DNA from: Chrysomallon squamiferum
Lineage: Eukaryota; Animalia; Mollusca
DNA: 64,000 bases
Reading direction: 5' to 3'
Assembly (NCBI GenBank): GCA_012295275.1
Contig: CM022670.1
Location: forward strand, 9,486,001 to 9,550,000
The position numbers were made by a program, and so were the translations under genes. Each line of letters starts with the position of its first letter. The first letter of the stretch is position 1. Shown here piece after piece: positions 13,708 to 28,527 of this stretch. The notes beneath the pieces were generated by a model, which searched no databases, had not been told where the DNA came from, and was given only the letters and a program-made list of their open reading frames with translations.

Positions 13708-16010
13708 TCATGGTTCTAATTTTGTTGGATCCACTTCTATTAGAGAAAAATCTATAACGATCTGTTTTTTCTCAGGTTTATGTTGTCTGAAAAAAATAAA
13801 AATTAAAAAAATTAAATGTAAAATTTTACTTATAATTATATACAGATATATATATTTTAATATAATAAATTAATTCAAAAACATCTCTAAATGAGATAAT
13901 TCTGTACTTTGATCACCCATGGAGAAAGGTTGATAAATCTTAATATATTTTTTTTTCTTTCAAATTTCTTTATAATTTTACTAATTTTAAACACATACAA
14001 AATTATTTTCATAGATAAAAAGCATGGATTTAGTTTTAACTTATTTACAATTTTAACAAAAAAAAACTTTCTCAGAAATATAATTTTAATTTACTAGTTA
14101 CATAAAATGCTTATTTAATTCACATTCCCTACATATTAAGTCAAAAAAAGAAGAAGAAAAAAACACTTTGTAAAGAACACATTTTTTGGTTCAAAAACTG
14201 ATTGTGGAGCCACAAATTAGTGGAGTTAACTGAACTGAAACTTTTAATCACCTGCATGTAATGCCAGCCATTTGAAGCAGTTTTCTGGAGGCAATGAACT
14301 CGGGTTTCATGTGGTATTTGTCACAGTAATATACAACTTCTTTAATGCCAGACTGTATGATTACCTTGGCACATTCATTGCATGGAAACAAGGCAACGTA
14401 AATTGTACAGTTCTTCACATCTGCAGAATTCTTATTAAGCACAGCATTCAGCTCAGCATGGCAAACTGAAAACAAGCAAAACATAATATCTGTCAAGAAC
14501 TGAAGATTAATAATATGTACAAACAATATTTAAAACAGGCCAGGTTTATAAAATTCTATGTTTTTAGCAGTTATTTTCTGAAGTGGCTGGTATATCAATG
14601 GTTGTATAATTAGATAACAATTGTTAAAAATAAAAAAGTTATTTTAAAATGAAAAGGTATTTAAATTTAATCTTGTTTCTAAATGAAAACTGAAGAAAAG
14701 ATATATGGAAACAAACTGAAAAAAAAAAAAAAATAGAATGCTAAATAAGGGGAAAAAAATTAGTGATCTAAAAATATGGTTCAAATAACATGAGTTGAAA
14801 TTCCATCAAATCACTTAAAACTGATGTCGATGAGATTTTATTTTTGAATATTTAACTAACTTGAATATTTACCATATAAATGTTTTCTGTTTAGTATGTC
14901 ATCTGATGACTTGCCCCATGGCATTTTATCATCATCGCAACCATTGGGCATTCCATTGTATCCAATACCTACAATCTTGTTCTCGCTGTTTACAATACAA
15001 GCACCTACCTGAGAATATATAATCAAGAAATCAAGATTTTTCAAAAAAAAAGCTCATTTCATTATATGACTTATCCATGGTTATTTGAAACAGATTAGTC
15101 TCTAAATAAAATAAGTAAAATAAATATATAATTAATGGCTAGCAATCAAAACAAATATTTTCTCAATTTTAATTTTTGCAAATCCAAATGTTAAATAATA
15201 TTTATGGCTTTTAATACAGCCATGTTATTGTTATTATTATTATTAAATAAATAAATAAAACTACAATGAACCCCAGATCTTAAATTTAATTTCAATGGAT
15301 ATTAATTTGAAATTATACATAAACTAACATATTTAAAATAAGTAAAGCACTGATATTTATTATTCCCAGAGGACAACTAATGTCTAGTTATATTATTTAA
15401 ATACTATGCCAAATTACTACAAAAATGTACCTGAGTTCTAGGATCCTTACTTCTCTGTGCAGACAAAAACGCGACTGCCATGAAATAATCTGGCCACTGT
15501 AAATAATCTTCTCTTTTCTTATTCATTCTGTAAATTATTAGTGTAAAATATTGTGTATGTAAAGAAACAATGCTAAAACAGACTGAAATAACATCTTGTC
15601 CAACAAGTTAAGATTTGTGGCCGATAACTAATGTCAAGTTAGCCCAGAAGTTTGATGAATCATGAACTATTTAACGTAAACTTTCGTTCATTATATCAGT
15701 TTACATATATAATTTTTAATTAGTCACCGGAATTTTATTTATTTATTTATTTTTAAATGTAAATTAGATAAAATGAAAGGAATAAAATCGTGAAAAAATG
15801 CAATATGAATGTAAATCAAAATAGCAAATTGTGAAATACATTTTTCAGTATTTTCTATTTCCGGTTTCCTCCCACCCCTCTCCGAATGTTTTAAGTTCTA
15901 AACCAATTTACTGTTGAATTCAATTATACTTTCGTATAAAATGTTCGGATATAAAGTAATTTACTGACAAACCTGTCTACATCTGTCCTGTTTGTTATGA
16001 AATCTGACAT
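13708..16010 (-). CDS. DCTD: Deoxycytidylate (dCMP) deaminase, 5 exons
   Basis: [53 protein letters not shown]...[11 protein letters not shown]...FPCNECAK (Zn-binding HAE/PCxxC)...[11 protein letters not shown] at 16008-16010 is in frame through exon 2; TGA at 13708-13710. Confidence 0.96.
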
Positions 16011-16053
16011 TTTTTTTCAATTATTCGCTCGCCCTCCTTGAACTTTTTCTCAT

Positions 16054-16075
16054 GGCGGGAAATTAAATCACGTGA
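16054..16075 (-). promoter_or_regulatory. DCTD proximal promoter: E2F site and E-box
   Basis: GGCGGGAAA at 16054-16062 (TTTCCCGCC on the minus strand) and palindrome TCACGTGA at 16068-16075, 45-65 bp upstream of the ATG. Confidence 0.65.
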
Positions 16076-16365
16076 TGGTCATGTGATTAAACTTTTTTGT
16101 ACACAGAAACGTGGTCAGGTTGCAACAACGTACTGAAGACAAAATGTTAACAGTCGTATCTTTTGTACGAATAAAATATTTATTTATTTATTTATTTATT
16201 CGTTCATTTTTGTTTTCTCCTCAGCTTCAAAAAATTATGGGTGTACTCAATAGGCGGCTATAATTCTTTTGCCTCTCAAACTGAACCTTCAAGTTGTTCA
16301 ACAGCAGTGGAGACGCTAACAATTACGAACTATTTTAAGACAAGATCACTTTTTCTTTTTCTTCA

Positions 16366-16450
<85 letters not shown>
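16366..16450. repeat. Compound (GT)n(GA)n microsatellite
   Basis: Directly visible; it explains the CVCV/RERE ORF at 16241-16633. Confidence 0.97.
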
Positions 16451-16453
<3 letters not shown>

Positions 16454-17040
16454 TCCGATCGGTTTAAATGTTTTAAATTGCTGATCGGTTGGTTTCAATT
16501 AGTGGGTTCCAAGGTACCATGTTTTCATTCCCCTTGTATAGTCACATTTAAATATATATTATATTTCATTACTTTATATAAAACTCCGTTTATAAAAATA
16601 TTAACAGACAAAAAAAAAGGTGGAAAATCTTAATTTATTTATTTCATATTATTAACTGGTATCAATTTATATACTTTAATGAATTAAAAAAAAGATGAAA
16701 GAGAAAGAAAATATAGTCTTTACATTAAACATGATACTAACGTATAAAGGAATTAATCACCGAATTTATTGTAACTTTGGATGCCAAAAAAAAAAAAAAA
16801 AAAAAAAAAAAATTAAACATCAATAAATCAAAATATCAGTTATAATTACATTACACAGTATTTAAAAAATAATTTAAGCAAAAATAAACATAGAACATCA
16901 ACAAAAATAAAGTGATAGTTTTAACTTATTAGTTAAAAGATATTTTTGACATGATGTTCACACTTCATTAACACTGATCACTAAGGTGTTCTGGTTTATG
17001 GGAATTGTTTACCAAAATTTGAAATATTAATATTTTTTAA

Positions 17041-17075
<35 letters not shown>

Positions 17076-17135
17076 TAATTAAAATTCTAAAAATTGGCTT
17101 AAATCAATTTCTAAATTATAAACCATATTCCTACT

Positions 17136-17172
<37 letters not shown>

Positions 17173-17665
17173 AAAATAGAAGAAAAAAAAAAAAAAACCT
17201 GACAAATAAACCCTAAAAAACAAAAACAATCCTGTAGGGTATTTATTAACATGCACACACATTCACCTACCCATGGCTAAGCAGTCTGCCACCACAGATA
17301 GAGATTGATCTTTATTTTGATTATATTAAATCTGTTTTAGATCTGTTTTATATTCTTCTGTGGATGAATATCTTACACATACAAAAAATAATTCATACAA
17401 TAATATGTAACACTTTACATTGTTTTGTTTTTTCAAAATACAAATAACAAAAGCTACCATACATCAAAACAGATACAACAGGCAGATATTAAAATTGGTT
17501 CAATCATAAGCATAATAACATGTACACACACAAAATAAATTTATTATAATTTAACAAAAATATTGACAAAAAAGATACACACAATATATAACAATTGAGA
17601 AAAAGAGAAAGGATGAGCACAATTTTTTTTTTCTTGTTTTTTTTAAAATATATTTTTAGGTTTCT

Positions 17666-20600
17666 TCACAGTCTGTTACCTAAAATAGAAATAAAAATAA
17701 ATTATAATAATAATAATAATAGTAATACAATAACATAGTAAAGTAAAATAATTAAATAATTATATGCCAGTACAGATAATGCATTTTTTTTTTTATCCCA
17801 TATAGAACTATTACTGTGATGTTAAAAATGATTAGTGTTTATTAAAATTGATGTACAGTACAAATCATAATCAATTTGAATTAAGATTGCAAATGAAAGT
17901 AAATTCTTTCAATTAGAATATTTCAAGAGCAGAAGAGGTCATGTTTATAATAATGTCTATATTACATTAAACTAAGAAAAAATGTAGATATAATATTAAA
18001 ATCAAGACCACCTACCAGGTTTCAAAGGACTTGACTGTGCATGTTTGTAAGGACTTGATGCTTTTGAAAAACCATTTTCCTTTCCTGCAGCTGTTCCATG
18101 CATGAAGGCTTTGCTGGGATCAAAACTCTTTGTGTTTTCAAAAGCTTTTAGTTTCATTTGTAATTTGTCTATTGTTCTCTTCTGTTTAGTATTGATTTCA
18201 CGAAGAGTAATAACCTCCTTTGAAAAAAAAGTATTTAAATAATAATTATAATAATAATAATAATAATAATATAACGATAATGATAATAATAATAATAATA
18301 AATTAAATAAATATTTCTAATTAACATGAAAATCAAATTAAATCTGTTTATTTAATAATTACTGAACTATGCTTGTTTATAATTCTAACAGTACACTTTC
18401 TAATAACAGTCTTTTAAAATAAAATATTTCTAACAATTACCAGAATGCATGAGAACTGATCATTTTAATTTTAATTTTAAATCTCAAAACTGAATAAACA
18501 TTTCCACTAACTTTTGACAAAGCCATTTTTTCTGTTCTCATTTTCTCAATGTGTTTGATCTTCTGTTTGTGATTTTGATGACCAAGAAGTTTAGCATACT
18601 CCTGCCCTAGTTTGTCAATTTCAGCTTGAGCATTTTTACTCTCACCTAAAAATAATTTGTAAAAATCACTGAGTCACCTGTTTAAAACATGTTTCTGTTT
18701 AGTGAAGGTTTACTGTGGCTTGGACACATGATCGAGAACACATATTAATAAATGATCAAGAAACCATGATAGAAATGTTAAGAATATAATAAATTTAATT
18801 CTTTTTTTTTTTTTTTTTTTAATTTAGTGAAATATTCGTATACATTTTACAGAAAATTAAATAGATTCTCACATACCCAACAAAATTTGTCTCTCTAGTT
18901 CAAAAGCATCTATCTGTGACATAAATGGAGAAACTTTCTGGAGCAATTCTTCATACTGACTTCTCCACCTAGATTTAAATTAAAATTATGAATTAAATAA
19001 TAAACATTCTTAAAAGAAAAACATCTGGTAAATGTTAAACACAAAACTAAACAACAATTACATTTAAATAATTAATATTGTGACACTCCACTAGCCATGT
19101 ACTTGAAACAAGTTTATATGAACTGAATGCAACTTATTTAGACAAAATAGTTATTTCTGCCACCTTTCAAAATTATTGAGGTATTTTTCTTTATAAAGTT
19201 TATATTTTTTTTTTTTTTTTAACATTAACTGAAAAATATATTGTGAAATACTAAAAAGGTATGCTTTTTCTCTATAGTTATTAGATGCTAATGGCATGAA
19301 CAAATTAATCTCACCTATCAATTTCTAATTTTGCAGCATTCATATCTTCTGAATTGATCTGACTACTACATTGCTCCAATTTGCTCTGCAGCTCTGTACA
19401 CGTGTCTTCTAAATGAGTGATGACAACGTCTCGCTCTTGTATCTCTATCTCGTGAAGTGACTGCATCTCTTGCCACTTGTAGTGCTCCTTCTTGAAAAAC
19501 TCCAGCCTTTGTTCCAGCTCAGCTAGCCTGTCATTATACAGTTTCTTATTTGTCATATTCTCATTCTTGAGTTCCTGGTTGATGTGCTCTAACAAAACTA
19601 CATTCTCTGCTTGCTTTTTCAGATCTTCTCCTAGCCTTGCATTTTCTTCTTCTATGGTTGCTATTTGTGTCTGATGCATTTTGCTGAGAGCTTTGTGGAC
19701 TTCAGTATCCTCTGACATCAGAGTGTGCACCTGATCCAATTCACTGTTCAAGTGGTGGACCTGCTCGTGTAATGTTTCAGCTTCTGCAGTCTTGGAATTC
19801 ACATCATCTGTCAGAGTGCCAATGGTGCACCTGAGATCATTAACTAACTGGTTTAAATTGTTGATTTCCACATCCTCTCTTTCTGATAGAAGCTTCAGTT
19901 CCTTGTTATGAACTTTCATTCTATCCATTTCTGTGACCAGTGCATCCAAATGATCCTAGAATGTTACAAAAATTATGTCAATTTGAACAGTCACTTGACA
20001 CTGCTTGTGTTTAGTATTTAATGTTTCATTTAGTTAAAACTTCAAATTATTAATACATTGAAACTCTGTTAAGAAAAAAAAAACAAAAAAATTATTAATA
20101 TGTATTTTAGAGTTCATTAAGTAGGTTCTTGATAATGTTTCTAATGATAAATTTATTGAATATATAAAGACTTGATTTTTTTTCAGTTCCAGATTTTGCA
20201 AGAAATAAACAAATTAACTGCTGGTTTTGCAGTCTTCTATGTCAGTACAATAATATACAAAACTCAGTCAAAAGATAACAATCTCAATACTTACATTTTG
20301 TTCCTCTATTTTTTGTGACTTTGTTTCATTTAACTCTTCCAGAGTTTTGACATTTTCAAGCTGTGTTTTCAGGTCACCTTCGAGTTTATCCATCTCTAAT
20401 TTAGTATTAACTAAAAGTAAAGTAATATAAATAATCTGTCCAGGTAACAATTTATTCTGTCACAGCTGACAACAAAAACTAACATTTCTTTTATCACATA
20501 CATATTTTAACAAAATTGTTCAGAGTTGTAGTATAATAATATATTTTCTATCTTTTCTTTGAGGCATCATTAAAACTAAATACTGCATAGTATTGTAATT

Positions 20601-23600
20601 TACTTCCTATCTGAAAACAGATAAAACACTTTATTATTATTACAACAGCAATTCCAATATTTTCTTTTTAAAACCACCCCAACTGTGCTGTATGCTCCAA
20701 AAATGTTAAAAAAAAGAGAAAAGCAATAAACATGAAGTCCTAACATGAAATTAAATATGTAAATATTACTAAACAGACTGAGTCACTGAACAATTAAGGG
20801 CATTCTCCATTAAAATGAATTTCCTAAGTTACTGCTGTCTGTGAAAGTAAATTATTTATAAACCTACCCAGTGTCTGCTGCAACAGTGAGCACTGTTCAG
20901 TCAGACTTTTCACCTTGGCATCAAGAGCTTCATCAGATCTGAGAGAAATAAAAGAAGCAAATAACATGGAATATTGGTAAACAGTAATGTAAAAAGAAAT
21001 TGCAGTAGTTTATATTTTTCACTAGAACTTAAGAAATTCTGTAAGAATTTCACAACTTAAAATTGAAATATTAGTTACAGGTTTGGTTAAGAAGAGAAAT
21101 GAAGCAATAAACATATTTAATAAGTGATTTTAAAAAGTTATTTTCATTTCTTGTAAGATGTATTAAGAATAAATTAGATCAGGAATTTGTATAGATTTAA
21201 AAAAACTAAGAAAAAGTATCAATTAAGTGCTCTGAATTCTATTTCCAAACAATGTTAAATCAAATGATCAAATTTTTTGAATCAGATGAGAACTGTTACA
21301 GCAAAAAAAGATAAAAGATAAATGCATTTTTTTTAAAAAGTGAGTGGACACAAAATGATATGATCAGTTAACAACATACTTTTGTTTCTCTTCCTTCAAC
21401 ACTTCCATTTCTTTGGAAAGGACTTCATTTTTACTCAAAACTTTGGTCATTTCATTCTCAAGATGATCGTGTTGCTTCTTAATATCAGCCAACTCAGCTG
21501 TCAGTTTATCAGTTTGTTTTATCTGTTCTTCTTTGGCTGAGGCAAGATCTTCTATTACTTTCTGTTTTTCTTCCAGCTCCTGATTGTGCTGTTCGACAAG
21601 GTCACTTCTGGAATTGTCTGACTGCAGCAGCTGCTCGCACAGACTGTTCTTCAGTGAGGACATTTCCTCGACACTCTCAAACAGTTTGTTATTTTCAAAG
21701 ATTAGAGCTTCATTCTCTTTGCCCAAGTCATTAATTTGTTGTGAATAAAGCTCCATAGTCATTCTGTGAGAAACTGTAATCTCTGACAGCTGAGATTTCA
21801 AAGATTTTTTCGATTCATTGAGTGATTCTAACTGAAGAGTAAGTGCCTTGTTCTGATTCTCAAAACAGGAGCATATGTCCTTCAGCAATACTAGATCATT
21901 TTGTACATTGTTCAGCTTGTTCATCGTCTCATTGTTATCTTTAGTCAGGCAGTTAACCATTTTGTTGAGATCGAAAATGGATGTCTCAGCTTTGAGCAAT
22001 TTGTCTTCTAGTTTTACAACTTTAGCCTGGTAAAAGATAATAAGTCCATAATTATCTTAAATAAAACAAGTCTCTGATTTTGATTGCTTTTGATTTTGAT
22101 TTTATTTTGCACAGTAAAAATCTACATTATAAAAGATTTAATTTACAAATACCAATCAGAAATATTTCTATCAAAATGTGTATTACCGCTTAAGATGCAT
22201 TAATAATTTGGAAGACTTAAAATTTATGCCTTCCATGATTATCCTATTGCTCTTTTTTTCTATTTTTTTTCAATATTCCCATAGGTAAAAATCTGTCACT
22301 TCAAGACTGTAAAATTATTTTTAAAAATGCTTAAAACCAACCTTGTCTTTTAAATACTCTTCCAGAACTGATTTAAGTTTTTGTTCTCCTGCAGTAAGCT
22401 TCTCTTCCAGTTGCTCCTGTGTTATTTCATAATTTTTCCTTTCTTTGTCTTGAGATTCAGTGAGTGTAGCAAGAGATTTTTGGTAATTCTCCCTCTCTGA
22501 GTTCAGAGTTTCTATGATCTCGTCCATACATTTTGTGTTGTTCTCTTTTTCCTCAGCTGAAAAGTAAATCTAAACAGTTAAATCAGCACAACTTTCACAT
22601 TTAAACAGAATACATAAGAGACAGTTTATAACATTTAAACTGTGCTAACTGTCTAAAAACTAGAAAAAAGTAAACTGTTTTTATCTTCTTTTTTTTTAAA
22701 AGTGAAGAAATAAAGGAATACAATTCTTTAAAACAAATTCTTTTAATTAGTTATCTCGATATGAATGACAACATTAAGTTCCTCCTGCATGTCTTAATAT
22801 ATGAATCAAATAAGCATCCTACTGTTTCAGTAATAAAAATAATACAAAATTGTACATACCTAAAGTTTCTTCTAAGCTTTGACATTTTTCTTTCATTTGC
22901 CTGAGGTTTTCATTCAGTTTTTCTTCTGACCTTAAGAAGGAGGAAATATTTTATCTAGAGATGCACTAAACATATTTTCAGTCTATGGGTGTGTAGCATC
23001 AAATATATAGTTAAAGGCCACACTGGTAAAGATGATGTATAGTTATCAACAAAAAATAAAAATAAATCACATTTGATGAGAAATGACCCATTAAGAGCAC
23101 TAAACATGACAATGAAAATAAAATACAACAAACAATTAGCACTAATGTACTTGACTATTTTTGGTTCATACAGCAATAATAATTAACAGCTTACTCTTCC
23201 AGTACTTCAATCTTTTCACACAGACCAGCAATTTCTGCTTGAGCCTCAAATGTCTGCTGTTCGGTGTCTTCCTTTTCATCTCCAACAGTAAATACCTCAC
23301 CTTTCAGAAATCTTACAAAAACAAAACAAGTAAATAAATAAAATGTAGTAAATAAATAAATAAATAAAAAATTCCTTTTAACTGAAGTTTCAAGAGCTAC
23401 AGAAGCAATTGTCATCTTTAATTGGATTTATCTAGTAAAAAAAATAATTGAATACTTAACAGATCCAGAATACTGAGTCAGAAAAATCACTGCCACTTAA
23501 TTATTAGTTATCTCTTTTCAATTTTTTATGATAATTCTGGATTCTGGGATTGATTTGTTTGTTTAACAAAAAGGAAAATTACTAATAAACTTAGGCTAAT

Positions 23601-24243
23601 ACTCTGCAATAAAATTAAATATTTAGGATATACTTTTCTAGACTAAAAATATTAATTTTTCAAAAGCTAAATATTTTATACATTAAATGCATATTAGGTC
23701 TGCTGAGTTTATTACTTTTAACGGTAATACATTTTTTTCTGTTGCAACATTACTGACCCTTTTATTTCAATTTAGATAATTTATTAAAATTAGATCAGCA
23801 TTCACTAACACAGATTTCAAAATAAAAAGCAAGGTGCAAATCATGCTTTGTCAAAACTACCTAATTTGATCTTCATAATCCCAGTTCTTCAGCTTTAAGG
23901 TTGATGATGATTTTATTGTTCTTTTGAATTTACACAATAAAATTTGCCTGGAGAATAGAAAGCAAACATATTTAAATAAATAACAAAAATGAGACATGCC
24001 AAAAATATTTAAAATGTTAAGACACCTTATGAAAATCTAGACTTTGTTTTATTTATTAATAATACAAAGAGCCAAGCCATTCTTATAATAATTATTATCC
24101 TATATAGAATCCTTTTATTTTTAAATTGATTTTTAGGCAAATCTATAACATGCAATTTCAAATAAACTCAGCCATTAATACATGTCTTGCAATCTAGACA
24201 GAACTTTGTGAACAGAAAAATACCCAATAATATGAATGTAAAG

Positions 24244-24275
<32 letters not shown>

Positions 24276-27200
24276 GAGGAGATATATTGTCTTGAAAAGA
24301 TCTCAATGAAAATAACTGAAAAGTTAACTTTATTTAGAGACACATATTATATTTCTTTGAATCAACAGAAGAAAAGGATAATCAAAGATTAACATAATGA
24401 ATATTTATATTTATATTAATGTTTAACTGTTTTGGGTTTTTTTTTTTTTATTAAGATGAAATCTGCCATGATAATAAATTGGCCAACATAACTGTTATTA
24501 AATATCAAGAAGAGACTGTTTAATACACATCCTCCCATTGAAGATAAGGAACTGTGAATAATCATAAATATAATATATATTTATATATAAACCCACACAC
24601 AAGATTTAACATGACAAATTGTTTAATATCACTGGAATATTGAACAGAATTCATGACATACTTATCATGTTCAAGTTTAAGCTTTTCCTGTTGGTCTTTT
24701 GTCTCCATTTTAGCAATCTCTGCTTTCAGAGATGTAATTTCTTTTTCAAGGTCTTCAGTTTTCAGTTTTTCTTTCAATTTCCAGCACTAGTTCGTTAAAG
24801 ATAGATCATATTAAACCAAAGCTAACAAAAATATTTTGGTAATAATGTTTTAAATGTCTAAACCCAAACTGGTTATTTCCAAAAAACCTAAACAAAATAA
24901 AATAAAAAGATACAATAAATCAAACTAAAATGCAGATTTCACTGCAGAAATTACAATATATTTTTACTATACAAAATACATGTACAGAGCATTTGTTCTA
25001 GAAATATTTACTTCATCATCCTACAGATGTAATGTCCTTACATTACCCTGAAAAGCATATTTAACTGTTTTGTTTCCAGCACTAAGGAAGCTTTCAAACA
25101 TCCTTACCTCTAATCCTTTTTGAGCTTTTTCAATTTTCTCAGCTAAACTCTTTGAAACTGACTTATATTCAGATGCTGATTCCTGTCCAGATGATTCAAC
25201 CTGAGGATTTTCAGATTCCAAAAAATCTTGAAGTAACGCTGAAATATCTTTATCAATTGTTACTCTAATTACTGACAAATCTTTTTCTTTTGCTTTTAGA
25301 TGCTCTTTCAAATCTGCAATGTCTGCCTGAAGTTGATCTTCTTTCTTTTTTGAAATATTCTCAAATGAAGAAATCTAGAAAAATTTAAATATAACCATAT
25401 ATACACAGGTATGTATATTTATTGCAACTGTTCCTTAATTTATAACGTACCGTTTCTTCAGGGGATGTTAATATTCCAATAATGCTAAGTTAAAAGTCTT
25501 TTTTTTTTTTATTTTTTTTTACAGTATATGTGTATTTTAAAAACTGAATATAGCAATTTATAACTTAATTTAATATCTATTCTGTAATATTGAATAGCAA
25601 TATGACAGGATTTAGTTTACAAATTCAAATGCCATAAAAACTAATTTGACAGAAATTTAGAATCATCCATTTTGTTACATTTTGAAGATGGTGGATAAAA
25701 ACAAAAAAAGCATGAAATGCTTTACCTTATTTTTAAGAACATCATTGCTTTTGGTCAAATCTTTGACATCTTTTTCAAGTGATGCTATTTTTGCAATCTG
25801 AGATGTACGCTCAGTCATGGCGTTGTGCAGTCGACCTTCCAGTTTTTTAATATCATCATCTCTTTGTGTCAAGAGTCGTGCCTTTTCAACACTGTCACGA
25901 AGTAGTTGTTTGATCTAAAATGTCCAATAGTTTTATGCCTTTTTCACAACAGTAATATTACAGTTAAGAAATTAAGTATAGCTAGCCTTATAATCAATAC
26001 GGATGTGAAAACTAAATATGCATCATTTGTACACAGCACAAATTGTTTCATGCAAAATATTTTGAATATTACAGTGAACAAAATATAAAAATAAGAACAA
26101 GATATTTTTTTATGTAAACTTGCATACATGAGTGCAGAATTTTACTAGTTTTTCATAGCAGTTTCCCTTATAACAGTACCTCTCTTTCCAGTTCTTTCAC
26201 TTCATTAGTACTATGTGTCTGGGCTTTTCCTGGTTTCTCTTTGTGTTTCTGTAACAGTAATTAAAATACAAGAAAAATAAAATACTCATCTTCCAACATT
26301 AAGTCAAATGATAGAAAGGTATATTTATTTTGAAGACAATAAATTAATCTAAGGAATATTAAGTGAAGATTAGACACAGAAAAACGCTTTAGAAAGTTCA
26401 AATGGTTTGTAATGCCAGGGTGTTTAGGGTTACATGCAGGGTATCTAATAATTAGATTTATTAGTATATGTCATGTTAACATCATGTTTTTATAAAAATA
26501 TTTTTCTCAAAAACTCTAATCTAATATTGATTTTTCTGTTCGGTCTGATTAGTGTATATACTGAAAAATTATCTATAAAAGATCAGTACATTAATGATTT
26601 CTAGCCAATAAAAAAACTGTAATTTATCATGATTATTTTTTAATATTTTGTTAAGTTAAGACATTTAGTACATTCAAAAATGATAACAGATAATTAATAG
26701 TTTCAGGTGGGGATCCTATTACACAGAATACTGATAGCAACATCCTTGCCTCTTCTCCAGGTACACAAAATGAGCTGAAACTGCGTTTGACTGGAGTGCT
26801 GCTAGACATGATGCTCGCATTGCCAAATGCACTGTAACTACTGATGTTGAATTCTCCCGGTCCTGGGTGATCATCTGATATGGATAAAAAAAAATTAACA
26901 CATCTAAAATGGTTCTTTGACCTTTTATCTTAAACATCATATTCGGAATAAGAATTGCAATTAATTCCCACATGATAACATCTTATAGGCACAGGCACTC
27001 ATAAGTTTAAAATAAGCAAAATAATAAAAATTGTTTAAACTATTTTATACTTGTGCTTTTGAATTTAATATATTCTTACATAACAAAATTAATAAAGATA
27101 CAAAACAATTTGTGCAAAACTGAGCTTATATTACTTATAGCCAATAAAAAAAAAATGAAATGGGTAACTCAATACCTTTATTATTACGGAAACGATCACT

Positions 27201-28514
27201 TTTATCAAAGATCAAAGCACCTTCTTTCTTTACATCCTTTGGGTCATATGCACCTACAGGAGGACCTTGCTCTGCAAAACAAAATCAAACAAAATTATTA
27301 ATCTGATTAAATTTAAACAGAGGCAGATTATACTTTAGGTAAGGTTGGATGGTATTCTGAAACATTATGTGAATGTTTATAATCTGAAATTATAAATTTT
27401 ATTGTGTTTGTATATTCACAGATCATGGGATTGCTATCTTTTCACCAATGCTTGCCACCTAATCATCTGCATCAGCAAACTAAACTGTGAAGCTGGTATC
27501 CAGTTCAGCTTGAACATCATTCTTAAATGAGGGGGTACACATGCAGACATCTATTTCATTTTTTTAATTTTTTAGCCAGGGAGGGTTGCTGTGCAATTGT
27601 AAAATCCCCTCCTTAATAAAACCCCTGTTGCAGAAGTCTTTTGTCCAGTTTCTGAACTTATCAAATATATTATTGACTACACAACCACGTCAGGTTGGAA
27701 TATTTTCAGTATTTATCAATGAATAATAAACATAATGTGGGCACTTTCAAATTTGTTCCAATAATACATTTTAATTTTTACAAATGATTAAGAAGAATGT
27801 GTTAATAACTGTTACAAAACTACAACTGTTATATTTTATAATCAAGGATCTGTTATTATTTCAAGTATCTAAAATTTTACTTAGCTTAAATGATTTATAA
27901 CTGTCTTATGAGTTCCAAATAAACCTTCTTGTCAAAAATCTGAAATACCTACTGTTCCCTTCTATTGTCTGTTACTATTATTTTTAGAATTATTTTAAGT
28001 TTTCAGTGAACATCAAAGAAATAAAGATGGGTATGCTGAGATTTTTCAAAGTAATTAACTAATTGGGATACTTTTATTATTGTATTTATAATATCTATAC
28101 TGTATAGTTATAATTTAATGAATGTCAACTTCGATTTTGTACATATTATGGTTTTTTTACATATTTTATTCTTTATTCTTACTGACGCGAACGGCGAATT
28201 TGAAAATTGTTTGTACAACTGTTACTGCGCAGATTTATTAATAAATATTATTATAATAGCTAGATTAATAATAAAACTACGATTCACTGAATCGAATGAT
28301 TATAATATTCATCATATTAATAAAAACCTAAAACTTAGTAAAACAAAAAGAAAAAGTGAAATTGTTCCCAGGCCCAGGTGCTTTTTATTACAATTAAATT
28401 GAATTATTACCCGAATAAATTTAAAAGCAAAAATTAAGTTAATTATGAAACTAGATTCTGTTTCAAACCTTTGATATCATTAAATCGTTTAAGTGTCGCT
28501 TTTGAGAACGACAT
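17666..28514 (-). CDS. HMMR: Hyaluronan-mediated motility receptor / RHAMM, spindle coiled-coil protein, ~19 exons, roughly 1100 aa
   Basis: N-terminus MSFSKATLKRFND..GPPVGAYDPK..FDKSDRF (human MSFPKAPLKRFND..APSPGAYD). Long coiled coil. C-terminal EYAKLLGHQNHKQKIKH, FDPSKAF..KEN and SPLKPGNRL*. ATG at 28512-28514, TGA at 17666-17668. Confidence 0.94.
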
Positions 28515-28527
28515 TGCTGCGACTGCA

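Noticed and set aside
16241-16633. 130-aa ORF with CV/RE repeats
   Set aside because: It is a translation of the (GT)n(GA)n microsatellite.
16740-17200. Poly-U tracts or CPEs in the HMMR (and DSCC1) 3' UTR as maternal translation elements
   Set aside because: A/T homopolymers are ubiquitous in this window, including in introns, so there is no specific signal.
19492-19674. Antisense ORFs over coding exons (also 14272, 39943, 42426, 43051)
   Set aside because: They are shadow frames of real exons on the opposite strand.
27530-27630. G/C-run-bounded segment resembling a hAT MITE remnant in HMMR intron 1
   Set aside because: No convincing TIR pair or target-site duplication.
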